In this document: piece after piece, positions 36,571 through 47,382 of the stretch | How the letters are laid out: each line of letters begins with the position of its first letter | How positions within the stretch are numbered: the first letter of the stretch is position 1 | From: Haliea sp. | GTDB taxonomy: Bacteria; Pseudomonadota; Gammaproteobacteria; Pseudomonadales; Halieaceae | NCBI RefSeq assembly: GCF_040222615.1 | Contig: NZ_JAVKCQ010000019.1 | Span: 21,979 to 85,978 of the forward strand | Direction of reading: 5' to 3' | Length of the DNA stretch: 64,000 nt | Made by a program: the position numbers and the translations under genes | Notes under the pieces: model-generated | Told to the model about the DNA's origin: nothing | The model's input: only the letters and a program-made list of their open reading frames with translations | Database searches by the model: none

Positions 36571-38547
36571 CTACTCGGCCCACTGGTCGTAAACGGTTAT
36601 CGAGGGCTCGAAGGTCTTGCCGGAGCGCCGGGCGGCCAGGGTTTCCTCTTTCATCTCGCTATCGATCCAGTGCACGAACAGTTCCCCGGGGCCGTCCGAG
36701 TGCTTATAGGAGAAGCCCTCTGGATAGCGTACCCAACGCCAGTGGCCGACCCGGAAGAAGCCCTGGTAGAAGCCGGGTATGAAAGAGGCGTGGTCATGGT
36801 GTAGTGCAATCATCTGGTGCGACAGTGCGATCATCTCCTCCCGCTCTGAGGATGCCCGGTAGCGCTCGATGAGCTGGTCCATTTCCAGCAGCGCGAACGC
36901 CTCCAGGTTGTTGGTCTGAGTCTTGGGCTGGCGCTCCGGGTTGACGCTGCCATCCTCAAGGAAGGCGCGGTCCCAGGCGTTGTCGGAGTGGTAGTGCTCC
37001 CAGAACCGGGGGTACTTCTCCAGAAAGCGCCCGAATGCGAGGAAGGAAATCTCGTGCTGTTTTTCCTGCACCTGTTTCCAGCCGACGGTGCCATCGAGAA
37101 CTTCCAGGCGCAGATCCAGCCCCGCCTTGGCGGCCTCCTGGCGCAGTATGGTCAGCACGTCGCGCATGGTCTCGTAGCCGGTGGACAGATTGAAGGACAG
37201 CTTCTGCCCGGCCTCGTTGACCAGGATGCCGTCCGCGCCGCGCCGGTTGAACCCCGCCCTGGCAAAATGCTCCTGTGCCCTGGCGATATCGAACTCACGA
37301 GCTTTCAGCGTGGGGTGGGAAAACTCCCCGAAACCGTCGTTGGCGGTGTCCAGGCGCTCGTTGTCGCCGCGGAAAAAATTCTCTATCACCATGTCCCAGT
37401 TGGTGGCGTGGGCGATCCCCACGCGGATATCGCGGTTGTCCAGCAGCGGTTGTGCGGTGTTGATCCAGAGTCCGAAGGGTGGGCGCGGCCTCTGGTTGTG
37501 GAAGACGGTCTTGTGAATGTAGCCCGCCTGTACATCGGGGTCGGAATCGGGGAGTTTCTCATACCAGTACTCTGCCAGCCCCAGGCCGAACTGGTCGATG
37601 TCGCCTCGCTTGAAGGCCTCGAACATTTTCGCGGCATCGCGGATGATGCTGAGCTGGATGCGGTCGGGGTTGAAGCGGTAGCGCCAGTGCTTCTTGTCGC
37701 GGGCCCACCAGTTCTCAAGCCGGGTCAGGGCGATGGAGCGGCCCTTGCGGATATCCTGGTCGCGTACGATGTACGGCCCCGGGGTCGGTTCAAACTCCCA
37801 TTGGTAGCGCTCGCTGAAGTCGTCGTCCATCTGCCGGTAGAAGTGGCGGGGGACGGGACGCAGCAACACGCCCAGCTCGTCCATATCGGGCTTACGCTCT
37901 GCCATGCTGATGGAGATGGTGTGGTCGTCATAGCGGGTGATGTTGGTGTATTTGGTGCTGTAGAAGTTGTTGTACCAGGGCGCCATGATGTAGGGCGAAC
38001 GGTAGAACCAGAACATGAACAGGTAGTCATCGGCAGTGATCGGTTCGCCATCGGACCAGGTCGCCGCCGGATCCAGCCTGGTATAAACGGTCTGGTTTTC
38101 CCAGTCCACCGCCCAGGACTCGGCCAGACCCGGGTACAGCTCCAGCGTTTCCGGGTGCACATGGGCAAGTGTCATGCCCACGTCATCGAGCAGGAAGGGG
38201 CGGAAGCCGCCGTTGGAATCCGGGCCGACCGTGCGCAGGGTGCGCGGGAAATCCTGCAGGGCGCCGTATTGGGTGCCACCTTTCCTGGCCTCCGGCGAGC
38301 CGATCTCCGGCAGGTGTTCGTTACTGGTCCACTCCAGGTCGGGGGGCAGGTCAGCGGGGGTCTTGAAGCCAAAGAAGTCCGGATTGGCGGCGTAGTACGC
38401 TTCCACCTCGGCGTCGACCCCGGCCGCCGTGGCGGTTTCCGCCGCGGCACTGGTGGCCTCCCCGGCCCCGTCGTTCTCTGCCTGCCCGCATCCACCCAGC
38501 AGGAGGATGAGGCTGGCCAGGAACAGCGTAGACAACGGTTTCTTCAT
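36571..38547 (-). CDS. ABC transporter substrate-binding protein, family 5 (YejA-like), predicted lipoprotein
   Basis: MKK start, lipobox [31 protein letters not shown]-like NPDRI. Confidence 0.9.
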   Translation of the reverse strand: MKKPLSTLFLASLILLLGGCGQAENDGAGEATSAAAETATAAGVDAEVEAYYAANPDFFGFKTPADLPPDLEWTSNEHLPEIGSPEARKGGTQYGALQDFPRTLRTVGPDSNGGFRPFLLDDVGMTLAHVHPETLELYPGLAESWAVDWENQTVYTRLDPAATWSDGEPITADDYLFMFWFYRSPYIMAPWYNNFYSTKYTNITRYDDHTISISMAERKPDMDELGVLLRPVPRHFYRQMDDDFSERYQWEFEPTPGPYIVRDQDIRKGRSIALTRLENWWARDKKHWRYRFNPDRIQLSIIRDAAKMFEAFKRGDIDQFGLGLAEYWYEKLPDSDPDVQAGYIHKTVFHNQRPRPPFGLWINTAQPLLDNRDIRVGIAHATNWDMVIENFFRGDNERLDTANDGFGEFSHPTLKAREFDIARAQEHFARAGFNRRGADGILVNEAGQKLSFNLSTGYETMRDVLTILRQEAAKAGLDLRLEVLDGTVGWKQVQEKQHEISFLAFGRFLEKYPRFWEHYHSDNAWDRAFLEDGSVNPERQPKTQTNNLEAFALLEMDQLIERYRASSEREEMIALSHQMIALHHDHASFIPGFYQGFFRVGHWRWVRYPEGFSYKHSDGPGELFVHWIDSEMKEETLAARRSGKTFEPSITVYDQWAE

Positions 38548-38572
38548 CACAGTGACCTCAGGTAATGCATGG

Positions 38573-39640
38573 TTAACGGTAAACGGAGAACGTTCTGGGA
38601 TCGAACGACTCGCGTATGGCCTCGCCAATAAAAGTGACCAGGGTGAGCAGGGCGACCAGGGTGCCGAAAGCGGAAATCACGATCCAGGGCGCGGTGCGCA
38701 GGTTGGCGGTGCCCTGTTTCAGGAGCTCCCCCAGGCTGGGCGTTGGCGCCGGCAGGCCGAAGCCGAGGAAATCCAGTGCGGTGATGGCGGAGATCGCCGC
38801 GACAATGGTGAACGGCATGAAGGTGACCAGGGTCGACAATACATTGGGCATGATGTGGCGAAAGATGATCCGCGCGTTGGAAGCGCCGATCACGCGCGCC
38901 GAGGCGATGTAGTCGCGGGATTTCTCCTTGTAGGTCTCCGTGCGCATGTAGTAGGTCATGCCGGTCCAGGAAAACAGCACCATGACCAGCAACAGGATGC
39001 CGATCCGGGTGGTCACCGCGACACTGGAGGGAATCACCGAGAAGATGATGATCACCATGTACAGAAAGGGTACGTTGGACCAGATCTCGATTATACGCTG
39101 CAATATGAGGTCGAAAACGCCGCCAAAGTAGCCCATGGCGCAGCCGATGGTGATGCCGATCACGTACACGCAGGCGGTAAACAGCAGGGCGAAGACCAGG
39201 GCGATGCGGGTGCCGTAGAACAGGCGCGCCAGGATGTCGCGGCTGGTGGTGTCGGTGCCCAGATAGTGCTGCTCTGCCGCGTTCGGCGGCAGGGGCCGGA
39301 AGATGCCCCCCGGGGCGTGGTTTTCGTAGGGGTTGTAGGGCACCAGCGGCAGCAGTACCCAGTTGCCCTCGTCCTGTTGCCGGAAGTGAACTTGCAGCTC
39401 CCGGTAGTTGGTTTCGTAGGCGTAGTCCAGGCCGAAATCGGTGCCGGGGTGGAAGTCGCTGTAGGTCGGGAAGTACAGCTGGCCCTGGTAGCTCACTATC
39501 AGGGCACGGCTGTTGATCAGCAGTTCGCCGAAGGCCAGCAGCACACCCAGCCCGGCAAGTAGCAAGAAGCTGTAGTAGCCGCGCTTGATCTTGCGAAAGC
39601 GCTGCAGCTTTTTGCGGGTCTGGGGGTTGAGGCTGAACAC
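38573..39640 (-). CDS. ABC transporter permease (YejE/OppC-like)
   Basis: RF..IKRGYYSF, HYLGTD...RDILARL.YG, EAA loop, PSLGELL.QG. Confidence 0.92.
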   Translation of the reverse strand: MFSLNPQTRKKLQRFRKIKRGYYSFLLLAGLGVLLAFGELLINSRALIVSYQGQLYFPTYSDFHPGTDFGLDYAYETNYRELQVHFRQQDEGNWVLLPLVPYNPYENHAPGGIFRPLPPNAAEQHYLGTDTTSRDILARLFYGTRIALVFALLFTACVYVIGITIGCAMGYFGGVFDLILQRIIEIWSNVPFLYMVIIIFSVIPSSVAVTTRIGILLLVMVLFSWTGMTYYMRTETYKEKSRDYIASARVIGASNARIIFRHIMPNVLSTLVTFMPFTIVAAISAITALDFLGFGLPAPTPSLGELLKQGTANLRTAPWIVISAFGTLVALLTLVTFIGEAIRESFDPRTFSVYR

Positions 39641-39643
39641 CGG

Positions 39644-40666
39644 CTACTGGAACCTGATCCGCGGGTCGACCAGGGCGACCAGGATGTCCGACAGGATGTT
39701 GCCAATCAGCAGCAGCAGGCTGGCGAGCAGCACCACGCCCATGACCACCGGGTAATCGCGGTCGAGAATGGCGGTCAGGCCCAGCAGGCCGAAACCGTCG
39801 ATGTCGAAAATGGTTTCGATCAGGAAGGAGCCGGAGACCAGCAGGGTAATGTTCTGGCCGAAGGTGGTGGCGATGGGGATCAGGGAGTTCCTGACTGCGT
39901 GGCGGGTGACCGACTGGCGGAAGGACACGCCCTTGGCCACCGCGGTGCGGATGTAGTCGGCGGCCAGGTTATCCATCAGGTGGTTCTTCAGCAGCAGGGT
40001 CACCAGGGCAAAGCTGCCGACCAGATAGCAGACCAGCGGCAGCGCCGAGTGGTGCAGCAGGTCCAGCAGCTGTTGCCCCGGACCCAGGTCGTGGAAGTTG
40101 TAGCTGACAAAGCCGCCCATGGGAAACCACTCCAGGCGGACGGCAAAGAACAGGATCAACAGGGAACCCAGGGCGTAGCCCGGAATGGCATAGCCGATGA
40201 AAATAAGAATTGAACTGACGTTGTCGACGAAGGTGCGATGGCGTATGGCCTTGAGGATGCCCAGCGGAATGCACACCGCGTAGGTCAGCACCAGGGTCAC
40301 CAGCCCGTAGTACAGTGATACCGGGAAGCGCTGCTGGATAACGTCCCAGACCGGCTCGTTGTAGCGATAGGAGGAGCCCAGGTCACCCTGCACCACCTTG
40401 CCAAGCCAGTGGGCGTAGCTTTGCAGGACCGGCTTGTCGAAGCCGTAGTAGGCGCGCAGCCGGTCCAGCTGCGCCTCGGAAATGGCCATGCCCTGCCCGG
40501 CCATTTGCGAGCCACCACCACCGGTCATGCTCATCTGCTGAGTTTCCATGATCGCCCGTTCCAGCGGCCCGCCGGGTACCAGGCGGGTGATGGCGAATAC
40601 GATGATGGTGACACCGATCAGCGTGGGGGGGACGAGCAAAAGGCGTCGGAGGAAATAGTCGCGCAT
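39644..40666 (-). CDS. ABC transporter permease (YejB/OppB-like)
   Basis: YFLRRLLL..PTLIG, YGFDKP, DLG.SY, IETIF.IDG.GLL, DPRI.F. Confidence 0.92.
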   Translation of the reverse strand: MRDYFLRRLLLVPPTLIGVTIIVFAITRLVPGGPLERAIMETQQMSMTGGGGSQMAGQGMAISEAQLDRLRAYYGFDKPVLQSYAHWLGKVVQGDLGSSYRYNEPVWDVIQQRFPVSLYYGLVTLVLTYAVCIPLGILKAIRHRTFVDNVSSILIFIGYAIPGYALGSLLILFFAVRLEWFPMGGFVSYNFHDLGPGQQLLDLLHHSALPLVCYLVGSFALVTLLLKNHLMDNLAADYIRTAVAKGVSFRQSVTRHAVRNSLIPIATTFGQNITLLVSGSFLIETIFDIDGFGLLGLTAILDRDYPVVMGVVLLASLLLLIGNILSDILVALVDPRIRFQ

Positions 40667-40861
40667 GCTGTTGCCGGTGGGGCCCCTGTGGAGGTTCTGC
40701 CTGCATGTGGGTGGATCAGCTCAGCGGTCGATGGTGCCACAAAGCGACCGCGGGGCAAAGCGGGAAGGGTGCGCCTGCATCCGCTGTTGTCCAAGATGCG
40801 TACTGTTAAGCGGAGCGCTACTGGAGAGGGCCTGGCGCAGAGGGCAACGAGGACAATTGAC

Positions 40862-41683
40862 ATGCCGGAAGGACCAGAAATTCGCCGTGCCGCCGACCGC
40901 ATAGCGGCCGTGCTGGAGGGGAATGTTGTCGAAACCGTGCGCTTTGCGGCACCGCGGCTGCGCAGGGAGGCATCGATCCTGCGCGGTCACCGGGTGGCGG
41001 GGGTGGAGACCCGGGGCAAGGCAATGCTGATTCACTTTGAGCACGGCTGGAGTATCTACTCCCACAATCAGCTGTACGGCGTGTGGCGGGTACAGCCAGG
41101 GCTCAGTCTGCCGGACAGCTCCCGTTCGCTGCGCCTGCTGCTGCAGACTGCGAGCGCATCCGCCCTGCTCTACAGTGCCTCGGATATCAGCGTCTGGCGC
41201 ACGGAAGAACTCAGCGCCCATCCGTTCCTGGCTCGCCTGGGCCCGGACATCATGGACACCGGTCTCGGCTGGCGCGACATCGCTGCACGCCTGCAGGCCC
41301 CTGGCTTTACCGGCCGCAGTCTGGCTGCCCTGTATCTGGATCAGCGCTTTCTCGCCGGTGTGGGCAACTACCTGCGCAGTGAGATCCTGTTCGCTGCGGG
41401 CTTGCATCCCGCGCGCAAGGCATCCTCCCTCGGGGTGCGCGAGCGTGGTCGCCTGGCCCGGGAGACACTGGCAATCAGCCAGCGTAGCTACCGTACTGGA
41501 GGTGTCACCCTGTCGGCGCCCCTGGCGCGTGCGTTGGCCAAGTCCGGGCTGCCCCGGGAGCAGCGCCGGTTTGCCGTATTCGGCCGCATGGATCTGCCCT
41601 GTTACGGCTGCGGCGGTCGCATCGTGCGCACAGAAAGCAACAGCCGGCGCCTGTACCTGTGCCCCGGCTGTCAGCCCGGCTGA
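40862..41683 (+). CDS. nei: Endonuclease VIII (Fpg/Nei DNA glycosylase)
   Basis: N-terminal PEGPEIRR, RGKAML, SHNQLYG.W, H2TH LDQRFLAGVGNYLRSE, zinc finger CxxC...CxxCQ. Confidence 0.93.
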   Translation: MPEGPEIRRAADRIAAVLEGNVVETVRFAAPRLRREASILRGHRVAGVETRGKAMLIHFEHGWSIYSHNQLYGVWRVQPGLSLPDSSRSLRLLLQTASASALLYSASDISVWRTEELSAHPFLARLGPDIMDTGLGWRDIAARLQAPGFTGRSLAALYLDQRFLAGVGNYLRSEILFAAGLHPARKASSLGVRERGRLARETLAISQRSYRTGGVTLSAPLARALAKSGLPREQRRFAVFGRMDLPCYGCGGRIVRTESNSRRLYLCPGCQPG

Positions 41684-41706
41684 GCCGCCCGGCGGCTCCG
41701 GCGCGC

Positions 41707-42348
41707 CTAGCGGTTGTTGTTGAGGCGCTGCTGGCGACGCCAGTCCCAGGGGGGCACCGGATCGCTGCCCGCCCATAACCCGCGCCGGGCTTCAACGGCA
41801 TCGCGCTGGGCTGCTTCCAGTGGGCGTTCGTGGCGGGCAAAGTGCTGGTACCACCAGGCGTGGCCCTGCTGCACCATGGCCAGGTTGATATTGCCGCCAT
41901 CGGCATAGAGAGTGCCCACCAGGCGACCGTAATCGTCGGTTTCCACGACCACCACGCCCAGGCGCCTGCCGCTGACCATTGCCGCAAGCGCTTCGCGGGC
42001 CCGGTCGCCATGGGGCTGGTCCAGCTCCGGCGCATCAATGCCGAACAGGCGAATCCGGTGCTGTTTGTTGTCGCCGTCCAGCAGGGAAACCGTATCGCCG
42101 TCCGCCACCCTGACAATGCGACCGCTGATATCAAAGCGTGGCAGGGGGATGCCCTCCCGGGCGGCGCCTGCCTCCTCCAGCTTGTCGGCAGCGTGGCGCC
42201 AGCCGGGATCGGCGCCGTCGTCTCCGGTCAGCGTCGCCAGCACTTGCCGGTGCCAGGTGATTTCGCCGTTGGAGAAATACTGGAACAGGGTCAGGCCCAG
42301 CAGTATCACCGCGACGCGGGTCAGGTTCTTGCGTGAAAGAGCGCTCAT
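41707..42348 (-). CDS. Thermonuclease (SNase) family protein, membrane-anchored or exported
   Basis: N-terminal hydrophobic helix; V.DGDT, IRL.GIDAPE..Q, DDYGRLVG, N..MV..G.AW, RRGLW....PVPPWDWR. Confidence 0.9.
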   Translation of the reverse strand: MSALSRKNLTRVAVILLGLTLFQYFSNGEITWHRQVLATLTGDDGADPGWRHAADKLEEAGAAREGIPLPRFDISGRIVRVADGDTVSLLDGDNKQHRIRLFGIDAPELDQPHGDRAREALAAMVSGRRLGVVVVETDDYGRLVGTLYADGGNINLAMVQQGHAWWYQHFARHERPLEAAQRDAVEARRGLWAGSDPVPPWDWRRQQRLNNNR

Positions 42349-42366
42349 TCCTTTCATCACTGGGGC

Positions 42367-42912
42367 CTAGCCTGCTGCGCTTGCATTGGCACGACCGCCC
42401 TGCAGCAGGTAGCTCATCAGCGTTATCGGTACACCGTTCTTGGTAGACACCGCCAGCATCTCCCACCCCAGCGCCCGGTAGAAGGCCGCATGTTCCGGGG
42501 TGTACAGGTAGAGTCTTTGCAGGCCGCGCTGATAACCCTGCTCGCAGGCGTGCAGCACCAGCTGCTTGCCCAGCCCGCGGCCTCGCCACGCCCGCTCTAC
42601 CCAGAGATTGGCCAGCCAGGGGGTGAGCTCCGGTCTGCTGTCCAGGTCATGTTCAATCAGGGAGACTGAGCCGATGACGGCCCCGTCGGCCACCAGAACC
42701 CAGGTTGACGGTACCGGATCCGTGCCCAGGGAGCGCGCCAGGTCGGTGGCAAAGCTGGCGACGCTGTCCTCGGGATACAGCTCCCGCCACTCGGCCAGGT
42801 GCGCTGCCGCCAGAATGTCGATGGCCTCTGGCCGGTCGCCCAGCGGCAGTATGTCAGCGACAATTGTGTCACGGGCCTTTAACATCGGCGCTATAGCCTC
42901 GTCCGTTCTCAT
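42367..42912 (-). CDS. GNAT-family acetyltransferase
   Basis: PWLANLWV...WRGRGLGKQL, LYLYT....FY..LGW. Alternative start 42885. Confidence 0.88.
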   Translation of the reverse strand: MRTDEAIAPMLKARDTIVADILPLGDRPEAIDILAAAHLAEWRELYPEDSVASFATDLARSLGTDPVPSTWVLVADGAVIGSVSLIEHDLDSRPELTPWLANLWVERAWRGRGLGKQLVLHACEQGYQRGLQRLYLYTPEHAAFYRALGWEMLAVSTKNGVPITLMSYLLQGGRANASAAG

Positions 42913-42933
42913 TTGCTCAGGATACCGCGCCCG

Positions 42934-44619
42934 ATGATTTCACGCCGCCATTTTCTCAGGCTGTCCTCGACACTGGCCGGTTCCGTGGTGGTATCCACGG
43001 CCCTCGGCGGTTGCCAGCCGCTGCGGTCGCGCGATTCGCTGTCGGCCGCACAATTTGTGCACGGTGTCGCATCGGGCGATCCAGCCAGCGACAGCGTCCT
43101 GCTGTGGACCCGGGCCACGTCCGCCGCGGGCGAAGCTGCGCTCGAACTCGCCTGGGAGCTGGCCGAGGACGCCGGATTTGCCCGGGTCATCAGGCGCGGC
43201 CAGGCCCAGGCGACAGCGGAACGCGACTACACCGTCAAGGTTGAGGCGCGCGATCTCAGGCCGGGCACTGACTATTTCTACCGTTTCAGCGCGCGCGACA
43301 GCCAGAGCGTGGCGGGTCGGACGAGGACCCTCCCCGCAGCCGGTGTGCGGCGGGTGCGGCTCGCGGTGTTCTCCTGTGCCAATTTTCCCGCGGGCTATTT
43401 CCACGCCTATCGTGAGGGCAGCCGCGTGGCCGATCTGGACGCGTTTGTGCATCTCGGCGACTACCTCTACGAATACGGTACCGGAGGCTACGCCACCGGG
43501 CGGGCGCACGAGCTGGGTCGCAGTCTGCCGGCTGACAACAGCGGCGAACTGTACAGCCTTGCAGACTATCGCAAGCGCTATGCCCTGTACCGCACAGACC
43601 CCGACCTGCAGGCCCTGCATGCCGCCGCCCCCTGTATCGCCGTGTGGGACGACCACGAAGTCGCCAATGACGCCTGGCGGGATGGCGCGGAGAATCACTC
43701 GGACGAAGAAGGGGATTTCGGCGAGCGCAAGCTGGCGGCCCTGCGGGCCTGGTACGAGTGGCTGCCGGTACGCCCCCCGGTCGCCGAGGGCAGCGAACAG
43801 ATCTACCGCAGCTTCGACTTCGGAGACCTGCTGTCCCTGCATATGCTCGACACCCGTATCATCGGACGCGACCGGCTGCTGGAGTACCGCGACTACGTGG
43901 ATTCCGCAAGCGGGGCTATGGATCAGGAGCGGTTCCGGAACGACCTTCTCCGCCCCGGGCGCAGTCTTTTGGGAGGCGCGCAGCTGGCCTGGCTGGGTGA
44001 GCGTCTCGCTGCCTCCGAGGCCCGCTGGCAGCTGCTGGGCCAGCAGGTGCTGATGGCGAAAATGCACCTGCCGGCGGAACTGCTGGGCGTCGAGGACCTG
44101 ACGGACCTGCCGCCGCTGGTCGCCGAGTTTGCCGAGCTGAAGGCTGCGCTGCTCCAGGGCGCGGAGATCGGCGCGGAGCAGCAAGCCCGCTTGCAGCGGG
44201 TGACCCCTTACAACCTGGATGCCTGGGATGGCTACCCGGTGGAGCGGGAACAGCTCTACGCTCTGGCGCGGCAGCTGGGCAAGCGCCTTGTCGTGCTTGC
44301 CGGTGATACCCACAACGCCTGGTACAGCCGGCTCCACGACCAGCGGGGCAACGAGATCGGGGTGGAGCTGGCTACCGCCAGCGTGTCGTCACCGGGAATG
44401 GAGCAATACCTGGGCCTGGATGACGATGCGGCGCGGGAGCTGGCGGAGGCAATGGCCCTGCTGGTCGACGAGCTGCAGTACTGCAACCTCCACCAGCGCG
44501 GATTCATGCTGCTGACCGTGACCCCCGGCGCCCTGGAATCAGACTGGCTGTTTGTCGACACGACCAGTGACCGGTCCTACCTGCCGGCCGCTGGTCACCG
44601 CGTGGTGCTGGAAACCTGA
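42934..44619 (+). CDS. phoD: Alkaline phosphatase D, Tat-exported with lipobox
   Basis: SRRHFL Tat motif, LGGC, F.HGVASGDP, HLGDYLYE, WDDHE, LDTR, DAWDGY, GDTH. Confidence 0.93.
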   Translation: MISRRHFLRLSSTLAGSVVVSTALGGCQPLRSRDSLSAAQFVHGVASGDPASDSVLLWTRATSAAGEAALELAWELAEDAGFARVIRRGQAQATAERDYTVKVEARDLRPGTDYFYRFSARDSQSVAGRTRTLPAAGVRRVRLAVFSCANFPAGYFHAYREGSRVADLDAFVHLGDYLYEYGTGGYATGRAHELGRSLPADNSGELYSLADYRKRYALYRTDPDLQALHAAAPCIAVWDDHEVANDAWRDGAENHSDEEGDFGERKLAALRAWYEWLPVRPPVAEGSEQIYRSFDFGDLLSLHMLDTRIIGRDRLLEYRDYVDSASGAMDQERFRNDLLRPGRSLLGGAQLAWLGERLAASEARWQLLGQQVLMAKMHLPAELLGVEDLTDLPPLVAEFAELKAALLQGAEIGAEQQARLQRVTPYNLDAWDGYPVEREQLYALARQLGKRLVVLAGDTHNAWYSRLHDQRGNEIGVELATASVSSPGMEQYLGLDDDAARELAEAMALLVDELQYCNLHQRGFMLLTVTPGALESDWLFVDTTSDRSYLPAAGHRVVLET

Positions 44620-45161
44620 TCGGACTCTTTCAGCGGCTGCGGCTGCACGGTTACCGCCTCGCCGGCGCCCGTCAACCAGACCTCGCCGCCGGAGAGCGTG
44701 CATTGCAGGGCGAGCCCGCTGCGGGCCATGGCGGCGAGTGCGCGGGCGCTGCTGTCGGGTATCTGCCAGATCTCCAGGTGCCGGAACCGGGCCAGGCTGG
44801 GGCCGTGCTTCTGCCACCACACCGGGGCAGCCCGGTCCCCGTAGGCGTACAGGACGACCCGCCGTGAGCGGGAGCAGGCCTTGCGCAGGCGGTCCGGGTC
44901 GGGGGTGCCGAGCTCTATCCAGGTCTCGATGCTGCCGGTCAGGTCCTTTTGCCACAGGTCCGGTTCGTCATCGGTACTGATCCCGCGGCCGAATTCAAGG
45001 CTCTCGCTGGCGTGCAGGGCAAAGGCCAGCACACGCAGCATCATCCGCTCGTCGGTTTCCGAAGGGTGGCGAGCCAGGGTCAGGGGGAAATCGGCGTAGA
45101 ACTGGCGGTCCAGGTCGGCAACGTTGAGATCGAGCTTGAAGATGGTGGACTTGAGCGCCAT
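44595..45161 (-). CDS. yaeQ: YaeQ-family protein
   Basis: MALKSTIFK, LARHPSETDERMMLR, LEF.RG.STDDEPDLW.K, WIELG.PD. Confidence 0.92.
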   Translation of the reverse strand: MALKSTIFKLDLNVADLDRQFYADFPLTLARHPSETDERMMLRVLAFALHASESLEFGRGISTDDEPDLWQKDLTGSIETWIELGTPDPDRLRKACSRSRRVVLYAYGDRAAPVWWQKHGPSLARFRHLEIWQIPDSSARALAAMARSGLALQCTLSGGEVWLTGAGEAVTVQPQPLKESDQVSSTTR

Positions 45162-45243
45162 GGCATCAGCTTATGCGGTATCAGGGTGGCGCACTATAGC
45201 GCATGCGCGTTGGCGGGGCACGAGCCGGCCCCCCCCGGGCGGC

Positions 45244-46146
45244 TCAGCGCCACAGGCGAGGAACCAGCACCGGCGTGTTCGCCTGGTAGGCCTGCCACTC
45301 AGGGTCGTGACCCCAGCGCCGCGCGGCCTTGCGCTCCAGCAGGGGCACGCCGCTGACCCTGGTCAACAGCAGGTAGACGAATAGGGGCGAGATCAGCGTC
45401 AGCCACTGCCATCCCGCCAGCGCCGGCGCCGCGAGCATGGCGATGCCACACCACAGCAGGATCTCGCCGAAGTAATTCGGATGCCGTGAGCGGGCCCAGA
45501 GCCCGCTGCTTATAAAACCCTCTCCGCCCTGGCGGCGCCGGAATACGCGTTTCTGGTGGTCCGCGGCGATCTCGATCGCGAAGCCGGCGACCCACAGCAG
45601 CAGCCCGAGGGCTTCCAGCCCGCCCGCCGGTCCCGCGCCGGTGCTGCTGATCGCCGCCAGCGCGCAGCCGGCGGTGATCAGGACCCACAGGCCCTGCAGG
45701 GTCCAGGTGAACAGGAACTTGCCGGCATGGGGCTTGATCTGGTCAAAGCGAGAATCATTGCCGTCCTTGAGTATCCGCAGGAACAGGAAACTGCCAAGGC
45801 GCAGGGCCCACAGGCTGATGCAGCCGGCCAGGAGCAGGCTGCGGGTATCCTCGGCACCGCTCAGTCCAACTGCCAGCCAGACCACCGCCAGGTAGGTGCA
45901 CGAGCCGGTCAGGTCGTAGAACTTTTCGGTTTGCAGCAGCCACGCCGGCACAAAGGCCAGCCACTGTATTATCAGCGCCAGCAGCGCGCACAGGGCAAAT
46001 ACTGGCCAACCGGCCCAGCGCGCGCCAGTGTGGCTTCCGGCGAGGGCGATACCCAGCGCCAGGGCGAGTACGATGGCCATGTGCAGCAGTGACTTTGTCG
46101 CAGCTCCGCCACGGGTTGCGGGATTTGGCGCCATTGCCTTCCTCAC
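45244..46146 (-). CDS. DUF1295 / steroid 5-alpha-reductase-like membrane protein
   Basis: E.FYDLTGS.TY, DSRFD.IK, ADHQK..F, GLW..SRHPNYFGE, SGVPLLE. Confidence 0.88.
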   Translation of the reverse strand: MRKAMAPNPATRGGAATKSLLHMAIVLALALGIALAGSHTGARWAGWPVFALCALLALIIQWLAFVPAWLLQTEKFYDLTGSCTYLAVVWLAVGLSGAEDTRSLLLAGCISLWALRLGSFLFLRILKDGNDSRFDQIKPHAGKFLFTWTLQGLWVLITAGCALAAISSTGAGPAGGLEALGLLLWVAGFAIEIAADHQKRVFRRRQGGEGFISSGLWARSRHPNYFGEILLWCGIAMLAAPALAGWQWLTLISPLFVYLLLTRVSGVPLLERKAARRWGHDPEWQAYQANTPVLVPRLWR

Positions 46147-46994
46147 CCCTTGCGCGCCGTCACCAGCCAGACAGCCCCGGGCAGGCGTATTTTTCCGGCG
46201 CTGAACCAGGGCGACATGGCCTCTGTGGCGGCGCTGTAAACGGCTTCCCGTAGAGTCGGGTCGCAGTTCTGCAGCAGGCGGCTTACCGGCCCCATGTTCA
46301 GCATGTCACGCGCTGTAGTACCGAGATCATCGTCACGCCCCCAGGCCATGGTCACCGCGTGTGAGCATATGTCGACATCATTGAACCCTGCTCCCGCCAG
46401 CACCGACCGGGTGTAGTCGGCATCGGCAAACGCGAATGGGCCCGGTGCATGGGGCGGGGGTGGCTCCGGCGCGGGCAGGTGCTGGAGTGCAGCCCTGAGC
46501 GGGAGCATCGCCCACAGGTTCTCCTGCAGCGGTTGCCAGCAGGAGAAAGCCAGCTTGGCCCCCGGCTCCAGTGCCTGGTACAGGTTGACGAATGCCGCCT
46601 TCGGTTCAGCAAAGAACATCACTCCGAAGCGGGAGAACAGCAGGTCGAAGCTGGCGGGCGCAAAGACATGGTTCGAAGCGTCCGCTTCGAGGAAATCGAC
46701 CCGTGTACCACTGGCGCCCGCTGCCCGGGCGCGCTGCCGGGCGACTGCCAGCAGCGGGGCGGAAATGTCCACGCCGAGGACAGTGGCCTGCGGCCCCAGG
46801 TGCTCTGCCAGCATCAGGGTTTCGCTGCCGCCGCCACAGCCTACATCCAGGACCCGGGTCGCGCCGCCGATATTGGCGTGCTTTAGCAGGTCCCCGGCGA
46901 TGGGTGCCAGCATCTCCGCCATCATCGCGTCATTATCCGCCCACTTTTGGCCGGCCTCCCCATTCCAGTATTCCATCTGCTCCGAGTTGTTCAT
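46143..46994 (-). CDS. Class I SAM-dependent methyltransferase
   Basis: EYWNG..G.KW, VLDVGCGGG, GVDIS, FSRFGVMFF..P, PGPFAFAD. Confidence 0.92.
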   Translation of the reverse strand: MNNSEQMEYWNGEAGQKWADNDAMMAEMLAPIAGDLLKHANIGGATRVLDVGCGGGSETLMLAEHLGPQATVLGVDISAPLLAVARQRARAAGASGTRVDFLEADASNHVFAPASFDLLFSRFGVMFFAEPKAAFVNLYQALEPGAKLAFSCWQPLQENLWAMLPLRAALQHLPAPEPPPPHAPGPFAFADADYTRSVLAGAGFNDVDICSHAVTMAWGRDDDLGTTARDMLNMGPVSRLLQNCDPTLREAVYSAATEAMSPWFSAGKIRLPGAVWLVTARKG

Positions 46995-47100
46995 GAACGT
47001 TCCCTGATCCTGTTGGCATCAGCAGGAAGCATACAACAGACAACACCGACCGTGTGGTCCGCGAACACGGCTTGTCGTTGCCCCGGTATTCGTTTCGGTT

Positions 47101-47129
47101 TTGACAAAAACATAAGAAAGTTCTAATGT
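47101..47129 (+). promoter_or_regulatory. sigma70 promoter with an overlapping palindromic operator
   Basis: TTGACA-17 bp-TAATGT. ACATAAGAA-AG-TTCTAATGT (47110-47129; 8/9 inverted match) covers the spacer and -10. Confidence 0.7.
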
Positions 47130-47168
47130 AATTTCATTGAGGCCGTGGAGCTTCCCCAAGGAGATGTT

Positions 47169-47372
47169 ATGACACTTGATCGCGCAGTGATGGCCTTTGC
47201 CGGCGTCATGATTTTAATCAGCCTCGTACTGGCCCAGATCCACAGCAGTTACTGGCTATGGTTTACCGCTTTTGTGGGAGCCAACCTCCTGCAAGCCGCA
47301 TTCACAGGCTTTTGCCCGGCTGCTGTACTGTTCAGGAAGCTTGGCATAAGGACAGGAACGGCATTTTCCTGA
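47169..47372 (+). CDS. DUF2892 / YgaP-like small membrane protein
   Basis: M..DRAV..FAG, FVG.NL.Q.AFTGFCPA..L..KLG. Confidence 0.88.
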   Translation: MTLDRAVMAFAGVMILISLVLAQIHSSYWLWFTAFVGANLLQAAFTGFCPAAVLFRKLGIRTGTAFS

Positions 47373-47382
47373 GGACATCATA

